From the NCBI GenBank assembly GCA_030141605.1, contig JAQGDQ010000223.1, positions 132,204 through 196,203 of the forward strand: a stretch of 64,000 nt of DNA, written 5' to 3'. Position 1 is the stretch's first letter. Every line of letters begins with the position of its first letter. The notes beneath the pieces are model-generated. The model had not been told where the DNA came from and made no database searches. It saw only the letters and a program-made list of their open reading frames with translations. The position numbers and the translations under genes are program-made. Shown piece after piece: positions 1-13,612 of this stretch. This DNA is from Tubiluchus corallicola (taxonomy: Eukaryota; Animalia; Priapulida).

Positions 1-490
1 CTGGAGAAAATCACGAACTAAATTTTCTGATTCGAAACTTGAAGGATTTGATTTTAGGAAGCTTCTTAAATTTTGATTATTTTACAAATTTTATTACATG
101 GAAAACTGTTCAACTTTAACACCTCTGAGATAGTTTTCAGTTCCTGACCACGAACTTGATCAGAATTGGGTAAAAAAAGCTCCATGAATAATTGAAAAGG
201 CCACAGCTCTATGTTGTTGAACAGAATTGTGTGGTAAGAAATCAAAATTATACTGGCACATGAAATTACATGAAGTAATATTAATAACTTTTTACACAAT
301 TGTATCTTCACTTTATATAAACAATAAGTGATTCCTATTATGAAAGGTTGATTCCAGAAAAGTTACAATAATCTTGCGTAATTCGATATCTTGGCTACTT
401 ATTAGGTAAATTTGTCATTGTCGTTAGGTATGGCAGAGAATGCAAGGAACAAATTTTCAATATTATTAAAAAGCGTCAATCTATCTTCCA
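1..490 (-). mobile_element. Degenerate 3' end of a non-LTR retrotransposon (CR1/L2-like) ORF2
   Basis: Minus-strand peptides DQVRGQELK...KLNSFPCNKICKI and KLPKIKSFKFRI resemble the 'TRGHxxKL...FFxxRVVxxWNxLP...SFKxRL' C-terminal motif of CR1/L2 ORF2; interrupted by stops. Recognised by eye only. Confidence 0.3.
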
Positions 491-2479
491 TATTCTAAGT
501 AGGTCGTTGCTTAAATTCGGCCGCTTATAACAGGTTTCACGATTTTATGCTTTTTGTCCCGTTGGGAACAACCGTGATGAAAACGATCAGAAATCAAACC
601 AAATGTGCTATATCTTCGGTTCGGTCAATAAAACGAAATCACTGTACGGACACGAGGGCATATTTCACTTCAGAATATAATATGTATTTTGTCTTATGGA
701 CCTAAATGAAGCAATAAAGGGTCATATTTACAGAATAATTTCAGCATTGAAGAAATGCTTTGATAAGTAGCATTGGGAAATCTAATATGGCTATGCGTTT
801 TTCGAAAAGTGAGTCAAGAATCTCCTTGTCAGTCTTATCTGGCAAAATTAGTTCACCACAAGAGGCTTCTTTCCATCACGGGTTGCTTAGCGACTCATCC
901 CTGTGGCTGCTGTTGCAGCGTCTTTCAGATTTTGTTACTGTATACCAGGTAATTTTATGATGATTGCTAGATGGACGCATCGTTAAATGAAAATTAGATC
1001 TTACTGAAAGGAAGAAACTTTAAACTACATTATTAGTTTACGGACAACTGAAAGACAATTATAAGCCTTTCCACAGTTCCAGCGATCGTGAAAAGGTCAA
1101 AGGTTAAGAGAACCAGACACCGCATTTGTGTACACTTGACAACGCCTCGCAGCCCATGCTATTGTGATAGTAACAATTTTAACAGCTAGCTAGAACATTA
1201 CCTAGTTCATTTTTCTTGTTTCCAAGCATAGACTAGTGCATAATTAAGTCAAGTCCACGTATAACAATTTAAATTACTGATAATGATACTGTGTTACTGA
1301 TGTCGAAGTACTAATATAAACGTCTAAATTCTAAATGCTCTCTTTTTCTCCATCCGAAAAAGTATTTTTTTCCGTTTTTTCCACAGAATATTCTATATCA
1401 CAGCTCACCAATTCTGGTTTAGAATAAAAGGAACGAGGCTGGTGTTCTTTCCATCGTTTCAGAAAACTTTTGGCTCATAGCTTGAGTAAAAAATTCGCTT
1501 ATCAATTGCACAACAGGCAAAGTTTAGAAAAGATATTTTGTTTTAAAGCATAACAATTTTTACCATAGCTGTTCAGACAGTAACTATTCATCATTAGTTT
1601 AGATAAGTATGTTTAACTTTTTTTATTCTTCCTTATTAAAAATAATAATAATTTAGTAAGTTCCCTGCTGGTTATCGAAATTTGTTAATAAAAGTATTCT
1701 CTAAATCTGCTTACAAAATTTACAACAATTTTTGTGGCCTTTAAGTACTTTTGAAACCTCGCAGTAAAACAAAATACTCACTTGGGGGTAATAAAATATA
1801 GTCACTTTATTTTAAGGGCGTGCTAAAAGTACCCAGGGGATATCACCATCAAGATAAAAATCAATAATTAACAACTCAAAAGGCTGCTCTTTTGATGATA
1901 AATTTTAGGATTTTTGGTATGATAAATAATGTCCATTAAAATAGTCTTAGAATAACATTAGCATTACAATTATTAGTTTTTTCGATTGTTTATGTCGTTT
2001 ACTTATAATTATAAACGGTGACATTTCAGCTAAAATATACCTTTTATTTAAGTTTTGCAATTGGCCTCGCGGGGAAGCTTTACAGCGTTTGGCCTACATT
2101 TACAAATCCTGGGGCTGCATAGTAAACTTGATTACAGCAATAGTTGAAAATTCAATATAGCTGCTACATCCTTTTACCGATAACTTAATTATAGAAGAAT
2201 GTCAGATATATCGCCATTGCTTTGAGTTATTGAGGTTGGTAAATGTACCAATCACGCTTCTGTAGTAACATATAATCACTGCAATTTATCATAAAGGTTT
2301 CACTGCACAAAATAATATTCGAAACAAGGCACAAATGTTGCTTTTCATTTAAATACAATGCAGTGAAAGTCATGCTTGACTGTCTTTTTTAACACGAGGA
2401 AATAAGCCTGAGGTTTGCACAATTACACCAAATGATTTCTCAGTAAATCTTCAAGCGGCTTATTAGTAATACAATTAAA

Positions 2480-2481
<2 letters not shown>

Positions 2482-2561
<80 letters not shown>

Positions 2562-2572
2562 AGGGAGGGAGG

Positions 2573-2632
<60 letters not shown>

Positions 2633-2646
2633 AGAGGAGAGAGAGA
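2482..2646. repeat. (AG)n microsatellite with internal (GGGA)n
   Basis: Directly visible; explains the spurious SLSLSL ORF 2475..2672. Confidence 0.97.
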
Positions 2647-3677
2647 CGATGGATCAAAAAAGTAAAAGGCAATATTGTAAAGTAATTACAATATAGTAAT
2701 ATAGGGACAAAACAATCAATTATACTGTCTGTGAGTGAGTCAAATCATATAAGTACTGGTCGCAGTTATGGCATTTTTGAAACGTAACTTGAGAAAAGAA
2801 AAGACTTGTGATGGTCAGAGTGAACTTAGGCTGGAAACAGAAAGTTTTAGACTACAAGTAAGACACCAATACCACTACATCACATGTTTCATTTGAAGAA
2901 AGCAGTTTTAATACAAGTGTACTGTTAGCCAATAAGCTTTTTCAAGTATTAGTTTCTCGCATAGAGTAACTACTAAGTAATGAGTAATTAACTTTTTAGT
3001 AGTCTAAATAAGTAAGCAATATATTGTCATTATATTATAATACTAACTACCAACAAACGAAATAAAAATGTGCGTTTCTGAGTCTCCGTCTAATTAAATT
3101 AACTTTTGTTCGCCAGACCACCTTAAGTTCTACAATAATTACAAAAAAAATATTTGTTAGTAATTAATTTATGAGAGTAAGGTAACTTTTGGAAATGCTG
3201 GATTAATTGATGAGCATCAGTATTGAACTAAGTCCTGTCATTACAAAGTGTTGAGTAGTTTAATTTTATGACATTTGGTTTGCAATCCAAAAGTTACTGG
3301 TTCAAATTCAAGCTCAATCCTGTTTCAAGTTCAAGCTTTTCGACATCTCCTTTCCCTCCGGCGGCTTGTTGTCGAAATTTAACAAGTACATAGTTTTGGT
3401 TTTGCATCAATACAATATTGTTATATTATATTATTAGCGCTTGACCAGAAGTTGCACGTCACCTGCAATTCACCTGGATGTCACCTGCTACTAATCCCGT
3501 TCAATTACAGACCTAAACGAACTTACTTTCCACTTTGTAGCTGCTATTTGCCCGCGGGACTAATGAGGTTTACCTCGTGGTTTAGGAAGACCTAGCAGTA
3601 TTAATCATCATTAAAATGATATACATCAAGATGTTTTAACCGAAATAGAGTTATTGAGATATGAAAGTTGCTCTTAC

Positions 3678-4107
3678 CTGGCATATTCTTTATCATGTTA
3701 TCAATCCAGCTTTTCATGAATTTAGCAACGTCTTCCATGTTTAAATCGAACTCTTTTCTCAACGCTTCAGCAGGGAACGTGTCATACAAAAGTGTAAAGA
3801 TGCAGTCTGCACCGCCGTGCAACTAAAGCGAAGCCAGGTTTTGATTCAACACTTCAGCGAGGTGAAGCCAGCCTTGATAGTTGCTGCTTGTCTTGCAGGG
3901 AGGTAATCTTCGCATATTGTGGCCAATGGACCAAGAGAGAATAGAGACAAATGCCTGCACACTTTTCCGATGGTCTATACGCAGATTTTCAGCTTTGCCA
4001 GCGCAAGGCTTTTAAGCGTTATTGGCGATCAGGCTCAGCCTCTTGGACAGTTATGAGTGCCATTATAGAAAGCACCCATATTGCAGTGCAAAATCTGGAC
4101 GATGAAC
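3678..4107 (-). pseudogene. Possible decayed coding exon, family not recognised
   Basis: Bounded by acceptor ...ctcattatag| and donor CCAG|gtaag. One frame reads VHRPDFALQYGCFL*WHS*LSKRLSLIANNA*KPC...NLASL*LHGGADCIFTLLYDTFPAEALRKEFDLNMEDVAKFMKSWIDNMIKNMP (4 stops). An alternative acceptor (tttag at 3823-3827) would give an open exon 3678-3822. Confidence 0.3.
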
Positions 4108-5896
4108 CTATAATGAGATGGGAAGGCAGAATGCGGCAAGAGCAATGAGATTACCAATGTAATGTTCAAGTGTCTCGGCGTTTTCAATGTATATTGAGCA
4201 AAGGAGATTTAAGTATCTGATGAATGAGAGGAGATAAAGATAGGATGACAATGACAGAGAGCTTAGAGGCGGCAACATGAATTTTTGCAATAAACATGCA
4301 ACAATGATGGAAACACTCATTTGTTATCAGCAAGTGAAAAATAAAAAAAGAAGACAGGCTTTCTTGATTTTATTACGACCGCTCTCAAGGAATATCATTA
4401 TGGGAAACGAAACCGCAAAGATGATTCTCTGGCTCACATTTACCGTCTAGGCTGGATGCTGCTTAACTATCCCTACCAACCAATCATCATAACCAGCCAG
4501 TTGTCATTGAAAAACTTACGTATTGTAAACCTCCCTTTTCTAGCAGTTTAAATTTAATCTATAATTGCAAGAAATGATGGATGTGATGCACTTTTACTCC
4601 AGGGTAAACCATAATTACTGTAATTAATAGCTGTTAAGTGCATTAGCCAGATAGCTTTAACTTAAAAAGGACAAGCTGGCCGTTGAAGGGTCGACATCTA
4701 AACTGAATATGGATCATGCGCTGTAGTTTTACATCTATTTCTTCGAAGAAAATTGGCACCACATTCGTATATTAACTTTTTTAAGATTATCTGGTGGGGA
4801 TTCTTGTATACACAGTCATAACCTTATTAATGACGTAGTCAATTACCAGCTAATTTGAAAAATATTCGTACACTCTACTGTGACATGGATACAGGTGGCG
4901 CTGTTACGTTGTGTACTACAAGGATCAATTCTCGTCCTGCTCTGTCATTTTGAACTAATAGCTCAGGTGGCAGAGCATGGGAGTTCTAATCTCCTTTCTT
5001 CAACTCATTACACCTAAGGGTAAAAATAAGCATTTTCACAGTTTCGTCATGCACACGCACAGTCAAAGGTTAAATGTACCACAGCAACGCATGTCTGCCG
5101 CATCAGTTCAGTAACTTCAGTTGTTTTACGTTGGCTTTACATAATCATGTATTAGTCTGTGTGGGATCTTGCTTGGGAACAAGAAAAAAAGCTAGGTAAG
5201 GTTCTGTAGCTAGCAGTCGCCCCTTTTCTTAATGACTTTTACAATAGCATGGCCTGCGAGACGATGCCAAATGTATTCAAACGTGACGTTGGAACTGTGA
5301 AAAGGCTTTTCGTTGTGAAATAAACCGCCATGATTTATGAGCTTTCTGGCTTTCACTGACATAAACAAATCAATGACATTCGTTTATTTTATCTGATTAA
5401 TGGCAGCCGATTAAAAAGTACTCGTACCCTTTTCTCCCCACGCCATGTCAGTCATGCGCTTCCTCTTACATGAGTTAAAAACATTTCTCACCCGAAAGCT
5501 GGAGCTTCAAATCAGTTTATAAAATGCTTCATTCATGTCAAAGAAAAAAATTTTGTCTAAAAAGGGAGCTACTCAGTGACTTTCTAAGCCGGTCTTATAT
5601 CTCTACAAACATCTTGAGTGTGCATTAATGTTCCAAATTTTGCGAGCCATTTTTCCAAATTGCTGAATATGAAAAAAATGTTTTTCTCGATAAAAGATGT
5701 GAGAGCGTGTGTGCAGTTGTATGTGTGAGTGCATGCGAAGAGCAATGTGTAGTCGAACGATTTTTTAAAATTTTTGTATTAATTGTAGCTAGTAGTTGAT
5801 CACAACTGCTAGTTTTAATCGCAACAAGTGCGTTCACGCTATTAAATAAAAGCTAGAACACGCCATACATATATATATATTGAAATTACTAAAGTA

Positions 5897-6052
5897 CCTC
5901 GAGTGGTATGGCGCTTGCCAGCCGATCTATGGGTTTTGGATTCGAGTCCCATTCACATAGGGAGTTTTTGAGCCCTATTCCACGCGAAGAGGATTATCTG
6001 GCCATAGACCTTCCTAGGCCTACTCAGCCTCAATTTAGTACTTGGTCTTGTA
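5897..6052 (+). mobile_element. tRNA-derived SINE fragment
   Basis: A-box-like CGAGTGG and B-box-like GGATTCGAGTCCC, followed by CCTACTCAGCCTCAATTTAGTACTTGG, which resembles the 'CACTCAGCC..AATGGGTACCTG' body motif common in invertebrate SINEs. Confidence 0.5.
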
Positions 6053-6525
6053 CGGACAAAAGAGACAAAAGAAATCTATCCCTACTTCTTCCTTCTTCTG
6101 TGGGAGTTACGGTGTATTCGGATTAGTTACAGGTACATTGTATCAGTGTGTATTTTCACAGTCTGTAAATCACATTACCATATTCACAGCTTACGCAGCT
6201 TCATTCGCAAACCGTCATTTACAATTAACCCGCGTCTTGAAATGAAGCCAGTTGACAAGACTATCATTCTTGCAGTTACAAACGACGCCCTGACTGTCAA
6301 GCGATAACATGACTTCGCGTAGTAATCCGACCGATAGGTTATGCTTTCACTTGCCGTAGTTTCACGCGGCTCGCATAACTCAAAAATAATTCACTTTATA
6401 TTAGGAAAGCAAGTGCAACGCACAATATTTAAATAACAACGTTATAGAGTATAGTATTGGTGCTTGTTATAAAGAAAACTTAAACACAGATATATGGTTA
6501 TAACACGTCTTAAAAGTTACGCAGT

Positions 6526-6848
6526 GGTACAAGTAAGTTTGGTGCAGGTAAATTTGGTACTGGTAATTTTGGTACAAGGAAATTTTGGTACCGGGAAAAT
6601 TTCCTGCTAGGAATTTTTAGAACAGGGAAGTTTTAGCACTGGGAAAATAGGGTACAGAAACAATATGGTACTGATAAATAGAGTGCTGGCGAAGTTTTGT
6701 CAAGTATTTTTTGGCATAAGTAAATCAGGTATAAAGTAAAAATGGTGCGGAACAGGGTTAGTGCCAGAAAAGTTTAGAATTGAAAAAGCTTGTTACTAAG
6801 AAAATTTGATATAGAGAAAGCTTGGTACAAGAAAATTTCGGTACTACG
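6526..6848 (+). repeat. Degenerate ~15-16 bp tandem array (consensus approx. GGTACAGGAAAATTT)
   Basis: Repeated GGTAC cores separated by AAATTT/AATTTT; units diverge towards the 3' end. Confidence 0.7.
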
Positions 6849-7221
6849 AAATAACCCTACATAATTAAACGGTTACAATGTTATAATGCAAACTAAGTAT
6901 ATGTTATAATGCAATCAAGAAAGACGTAGACCTACTTGAACGTGTCGTTTTGTAGCTAACGTTCTGTTAGAGATAAATAGTAACAGGAAGTGCTCTAGAA
7001 TTTCGTTCTGACTAGAAAAGCGTTGGTTTACTGTATCTCAGTGTTACAATTCGACCGCAACCAACAACTATGCAGCCACGCAAAAATACACGATCAGAAT
7101 GAAGCCATTAACGAGCTGTAATAAACTTCTTTTCTTGTCGCGTTTGTTCTCTCGCTGACCAACAGTTTGGCACTTACGTAAAATTTCACGTATTTTCTTA
7201 CTTAATCGGTAATTATCAATT

Positions 7222-7850
7222 AACGGTGTAATTTTAAACTGGCATAACGAAGTATCTCATTTAGGCCACCAACTTACATATAATCTGTCTCAGTCTTCCG
7301 AAGTAGTAAGGTGCATGCATGATTTCATTAAAGCTGTGAATTCATTACTGTGTTTTTTTTTCAAATCTATGAGTAACAAACGTGTACTGCTTAAATTGTT
7401 CAATGCTTATTGCTGTGCATTCTATGGCAGTTCAATTGTTAACTTAGCTGATAGAAGTGTAAAATTGATGATAGTTGAATATCGAAAAGCACTGAGTCGT
7501 ATACTTGGCGTACCGTATAACTGTCATTCTACAATGACGATAACGATTGCTGAAACTTCCTCTTTTGAATTTATAATAGCTAAGAAAACCTTTACACTGT
7601 TGGCATGCGTAAATCGGTCTAGAAATACTGTTTTAAAAACACTGTCATTTTCAAACATGAATTCTGCTTGTACAACCCTAGGTGTGAATAGGATATTTAT
7701 CGCTCAAAATATTTCCAGTATTAATAACTCTGCTTATAATAATCGTGATATATTTGTTTATGAGCTGTACTGGCTTTCTGAAGGGGAAAACTACCTACAT
7801 AGCTTTTCGTATCAAGAAAGTCGTTAAATTTTGTATTATATTATGACTAG
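7222..7850 (+). mobile_element. Non-LTR retrotransposon (L2/CR1 group) RT C-terminal fragment
   Basis: Frame reads NGVILNWHNEVSHLGHQL...DFIKAVNSLL...LLKLFNAYCCAFYGSSIVNL...EYRKALSRILGVPYNCHS, matching the post-RT 'WVxEVKHLG...LFKSYCxxxYGxxLW...WRKALRRIxxLPYxTH' region of LINE ORF2; 5'-truncated. Confidence 0.7.
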
Positions 7851-9082
7851 CTAATGTAAATATTCTTTTAAATTATTACTAACAAATATCGATGAATTGC
7901 ACTGTTATAATATGTAATATGTGTGCATAAAATCTTATATATGTGACAGCAAAATTATAAATATGAATGTACGCGATAATATAATCAAATCGGAACAATA
8001 TTGTTTTAGGGTTTCTATGCCACCGCGTTATTAAAATAACTAAATGGAAGTGATTAAAATGGAGAACACTCTTGTTATGTGTTTACACTTTTGTCACGGT
8101 GTGTTCGATCTAAGTTTAGCAATGCCGGATCTGTTGAGTAAATTTATAGGTGACCATTGCAAAAAACTATGTCGGGAAAATTATATCTGCCATTGTGCCT
8201 CCGGCTGTTCATTTCGCTGAATGAGGAGGTATGTATATATTCTGCTAGCTTCTGCTGGTTAAGTGTCTCACCCCAAAAGTTCGTCATTAAGGATTTGGCT
8301 GATTCCTGTTCTGCCACAATTGTTCAACCTATGTAGTAAACCCTGCTGTTTCGTGCCAACCGTCAGCCTGCACTCTGCCGCACTACAGGACATGAATGCC
8401 CCTTCGTCCAGTGATTCCAGTCGCCTGTTTTTTGTCTGCCATTCGCCTATCTCCAGTAGCTCTGTTGAACTTTCGTTTGTCAAAAGTGTTAAAAAATTAC
8501 GAAAAACTGGCTTGAATTGGCTTTTGGGTCAACTTCGTTGTTCCGATTTGTTTCTAGTATCGTACACTATCATATTTGCAGTTATGATGTCACATGCCAC
8601 TTCTTATTTCCATCCCTGTCTTTGTTCACGGAGTTAGGATTTATTATCATCAACAAAAAATATTTTTGATAATCAACAACAATATATTCAGTAAAATTGT
8701 TTACTGTAAATTTGTTGATAAAATAAGTTTTCTTTAAGTAATAGTTATTATTTTTTAAACATAGTTTATTTGGCTTGTTTCAAACTTTTCATTATAACTG
8801 ATGAAGAGATTCTCCCCCAATATAGTACAAAAATGGAGTGCAATTTAAGATTTACATTTGAAGTTAACATGGACTAGTATATTACTGAAAATAACAAAAC
8901 GCGTTTGCACAACATACACTAGGTCATAACATAGTACATACATTATACAGTATATACAATATAAAAAAATTAACAGTTAATAAATAAAACATTGTGTTAG
9001 AAGATAAGTTAAAAATTTTAAGTTTCGAGAATGCTTTGTGCACATAAAATTCTGTACACACTGAAAGATTAAACAGTTTAGC

Positions 9083-9290
9083 TCATAGCTTAAGCGCGCG
9101 TAAAGAAAAGATTTGTAATATCATTATCGGACAATTCGTAATATCAGAGGCCAAAAATTCCTTGATTTTGTTGAATATCGGTGTACTAGATAAGTGAAAA
9201 AGAGAACATTTTAATAAAAAATGTTCATGTATTTCAAAGACACGAGACCAATTACTGTTAACACAGCCCCTACAAAATAAGTGAAACTTC
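9083..9290 (-). mobile_element. LINE ORF2 extreme 3' remnant
   Basis: CRGC...EIHEHFLLKCSLF resembles the C-terminal CxxC...E(D/H)xHFLLxCxxY motif of LINE ORF2. Confidence 0.35.
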
Positions 9291-11371
9291 AGCTGACTAA
9301 ATCCAACACGCATGCGCGCGTCATTGAATGAAGCCAGTCGTTTGCCACACGAGTAATGTTCATGATGTATTAAAGTTTAATATTTTTTGCATTTCCTTTT
9401 TAAATACTGACAGACTCGTCAACTCACGCATATTTGCAAATTAAAGCATTCCAGTAATTCATGAATGATTTTTCACAAAAATCATTGTCATACGCAATTG
9501 ATCTAACATCAAAGTTTCTATATTTATCACCATTTCGTATATAAAAGTTACTGCAATTAAGTAATTAGATAACAGTTACTGTAAATCTTTCACTCGTTTA
9601 TGTTATAGGAGCTGTACATATCACGCTTGTTCATCATGCTGATTTTCTGCTTGTTTCAAGAGGCTTCCGGCCGTCTTGGCTTCCTGCAGGGTTTCACAAT
9701 CGGAGCTGTGAGCGACATCTAACGGTAAGAAGATCTACTTGTTTGCTGTAGCGCTCAGAGCTGTTTTGTTTGAAAGGTTTACATCACAGCAGACAATTGT
9801 CAACCATAATAACGTTTTAGCCACGTATACGCTTAAGAATAACATTTGTGCCTCTGGCACGAAAATAAAAGAACCTAGTTGAAGAAAAGCGCACGTTTTC
9901 ATCAGCAAAAGCTTTGTATAGGCTGAAGCCAAGGGAACGATTAATTTGTGCAGTGCAACGTTTACAAACGTTCTTTGAAGCTTGCAAAGACCTTATTTTG
10001 TTTTGTTAAATGCACTGTGGCAATAAAATATTCCAATGATAGTGGTGAAACACACTGAATTCGAAAGACGAATTTAGAAGACTTGCCAGGAATCTACCTC
10101 GACTAAAAGAACGGAACAGGTGCTGAAATGTTAAAAACATCCATTCACCTATCCACTGAACCGACGATGCCATTCCATATCAGCGGTTTTATATCTGGTA
10201 TGCAATGGCTTTGCAATGGATTGAACCATTACATGTGGGGTGAGGGTAAATTAAATAGCACCACGCCGTCGTAACAATATTGTGGCGATGACAAATGTGC
10301 AAAGTCGGTTGGTAGAAAATCTCCCTTCTCCACGATAGCTACTTGTACTCTTGCGCCCAGATTCATGTATCGTGCTGAGCGCGTGCTTTATACATACGAA
10401 CGATTTAGGCATGCTTAAGGAATTAGTTGCGATTCACATATCACTTGTAAGCATGAACCGCCAAGTGCTCTTAAGTTCCGCATGGGTAAGCGATTTAGGT
10501 GTAATTCACGTACCACACTTACGAAGGAGTTTCTGATTGGGAGTGGGAGTGGTGATTTCGTTACAGCATTCAATGAAATTCATCTATTTTTCTGTTCATG
10601 TGATATCAACTAACATTCTAGTATTACAGGGAATGTTACAGAATATTATTATATTGTTCACATTGAATTGAAATTATTGAATTTAAATATTTATTTCTTC
10701 TTTATATTAAACTATTTTTTATTTAGACTAAATAATTGTTACGTTTTAAACTGTATATTTAAATTTCGATCCGCTCCCTAATTTTTCGTCTCCAAATTAC
10801 ATATCTGGCCCTACATTAGCGTAGACTTTGGTGTTTTTCAATTAATTTTTTTATGTTAAACCAGTACACAACGGTTCAAATTAAAGAATAGAATAAACGT
10901 AAGAATAAACACCAGTATTAAGGGTTAGAATAATTCCCAAGAAATGAATTTATTGCTTAAATTAAACATTGTCTCATTAATAATCAACATCAGCTGATTA
11001 TATGCTAGACTTTTCGTCGTTACCTGGTGCATTTGTTTGTATACAAAATAAGTATGAAAATTTACGAATAGATAGAACCCGCATCTGCCATTATACATTA
11101 ACACTATTTTGTATTACAGATAATTGATTATTCATATATTACCAATACATATTACTAGCATACAACTAAGATTATTAAATTTTACAAGCTAATAGCTAAT
11201 AGAACTTGATGCCAGTGTTGTGATTATTAAAGGGTGTGACGTAACAATAAATGACATCGTTAACTGTACAAAGTATACTGCTTGCTCTCGTCATGGCTGT
11301 GGTCGTTACTACTGCCGCTACATTGCTGCTGTTACTATTAAGCCGCAGTGTTAACCAAAAAGGCGACTAAA

Positions 11372-11680
11372 TGGATACAGCTATCAACTTTTTAAGAACG
11401 ATTCTCTAGGCTATTTTCGCCCGTTGTCCTGAGACACTAAAAGGTCCAGGCACTTTGGAGGCTTGTAACTCGAAAACTTTGACAGATAGACACTTGCTAC
11501 TATAACGGTCGAATAGGAACTTATTGATTAGTGACCTTATAATAAATGAAGTGGCCAAAATAGGTCAACTGTACCCCTCAACCTTTTAGTGTCCCAATAC
11601 AGCGGGCTAAAACGTGAAATATTATAAAAATGTCTAAAATCATTCCTGAAAGTTTGGCAGCTGTTTTCAGTCACTCCCAT
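11372..11680. mobile_element. Degenerate MITE with long imperfect inverted repeats
   Basis: Left ACAGCTATCAACTTT...TTTTCGCCCGTTGTCCTGAGACACTAAAAGGT pairs with right ACCTTTTAGTGTCCCAATACAGCGGGCTAAAA...AAAGTTTGGCAGCTGT. Ends and TSD not resolved. Confidence 0.5.
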
Positions 11681-12179
11681 TTCATGAAAATTTGGTCTCA
11701 ATATCGTTGTTATTATCAGTCATCAAAAATCACAATAGCAAAGGTAAAAGAAAATGATGAAGGCGAAAAATGAAACATTTAGACCTACTTGCCTCTATAT
11801 AACTACAATAATGATTTACGATGTTGGCTTTTGCGTTTCGTGCCGCGTAATCTTGTAAAGTGCTACTTTGACAAGTGTTCGTGTTCTGCGGGGAATCGTG
11901 CAACGTCTCTTAAAGAGAACTGAGTGACTCCGCTTTGTCTTCTGCAATATTTTAAAGACAGTTTAATCGCATCTTGAAGACATCAAGCTGGCGAAACAGG
12001 CGGAACTTTACAACAATCTACTTCTTGCAGCTGTCGAAATTGAATCACAAACTTGTAATTCGACAATATTGCTGAGGTGACATTCGCAACTGTCTACGAA
12101 AGCCCTAGCGTTCGTGTATTTTTCAAACGTTTTCGCAAAAAAGTGACTACAAAGCGTTGGTAGCAACGATAAAGACAAA

Positions 12180-12440
12180 AGCTTATTCTGATGCTTTTCA
12201 ACCTTTTGGTAATGGTATGAAAGACACATTGAGAAACTTGTCGCCCAGTCAAGTACTATATGACAATAATGCATTAATAACTACATACCAATTTACAAAC
12301 AGGCAATAAACTTTCGGTGTGTAATAAACAATACAATTTTTTTGTACTATTAAAAACAATCTTATTAGATTTGCTAAAATTATTGATGTAGTAATAAAAT
12401 CTCTATCATCTGCATAAAGAATGTAGCTGGCTACTAACAC
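12180..12440 (-). mobile_element. LINE reverse-transcriptase remnant
   Basis: YILYADD (RT catalytic motif), followed in another frame by HYCHIVLDWATS...KVEKHQNKLL, which resembles 'LxYCxxVWG...KLxxLQxR'; internally deleted and frameshifted. Confidence 0.5.
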
Positions 12441-12724
12441 ACGGTATAATGATGCTTTTCTTAATGCAAATAAAATTTTAACAATTGTGGCAGTTTGAAT
12501 GCAATCACTGGTTCAAGTCTATGATATTTGCTCAAGTTTTCCTTAGCCATTATTGTTGGTTTAATACCCTAATGATTTAATTGTCACATGTTAGATGATT
12601 ATCGCTAAAAATTAGCAAGATGCTGACCCTACTACAACCACCTTCTTTATGTAAGCGTTGCTAATAAATAGTGGTTATCAGCTTGCAAAGTACTAAACTG
12701 TGTAAAAATATGTTATCTACCCTT

Positions 12725-13612
12725 TTCACCAGTTGTCATTTCACCAGTGGTACAGTTCGCCAGTGACACAGTTCACCAGTGGTACACTTTGCCAGTGGTA
12801 CGTTTTGCCAGTAGTATATTTCCGTGAGGTACACTTCACAAGTGGTATAGTTTGTCATGTGTACAGTTCGCAAGTTGTACATTTCCCTACAGGCAGATTT
12901 CGCCAGAAGACTTCGCACTCTTAGTAAACTGACTGTGCCGATTAGAAGATTCATATTTCTGAAACGCATAACATCTGTACATAATCTTAGTAAACTAGTT
13001 AGACTGAAATAATTAAATAAATAAATAAATAAAGATGCATATTGACAGCAAAACATATAACGGAAAAATAACATTACAGCATTTTTACTAAAGAAGTGTA
13101 AATTGGCGAGCTGTACTACTGGCGAACTGAACTGTTAAATAGAAAGGTGAATTTTATCGAATACAGCAAAGAATTTTCGCAGGCGATATGTACCGCGCTA
13201 GCGAAACGATGTTAAAGATAGGTAATAACATAGTGGAAAAATTTTACTGGCGAAATGTACTATTGATGACCTGAAGCTTTTGTTAAAGCAACATGGTAAT
13301 AACGTATAGCAGAGAAATTTTCTTGGCAAAATGTACCACTAGGCGTCGCAGGCTAACTGAAGCTATTATTAATTGAATAAGGTAATAAAACGGTAGACAA
13401 ATGTTACTGGCGTAATATACCCCTGGCGAAACGTGATATGACAAAATGTATCACTGGCGAAATGTACCACTGTCGAACTATTCCACTGGCGAACTGCACC
13501 ACTGTAAAACTATTCCATTAGCGAAATGCACCACTGTCGAACTATTCCATTGGCGAACTGTGCCACTGGCGATTGCACTACTGGTGAAGTGTACCCCGGG
13601 CGAAATGTACTG
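12725..13612. mobile_element. Foldback-like element with inverted arrays of a 15-bp unit (TGTACCACTGGCGAA)
   Basis: Left array 12725-12905 is in TTCGCCAGTGGTACA orientation; right array ~13100-13612 is in TGTACCACTGGCGAA orientation; AT-rich spacer between them. Confidence 0.6.

Noticed and set aside
8263-8637. Overlapping ORFs 8263-8637 (+) and 8268-8483 (-)
   Set aside because: No recognisable domain or splice context; at most a faint resemblance to an RTE 3' end.
12725-13612. CRISPR-like array
   Set aside because: Units are contiguous 15-mers with no unique spacers, the context is eukaryotic and there are no cas genes.
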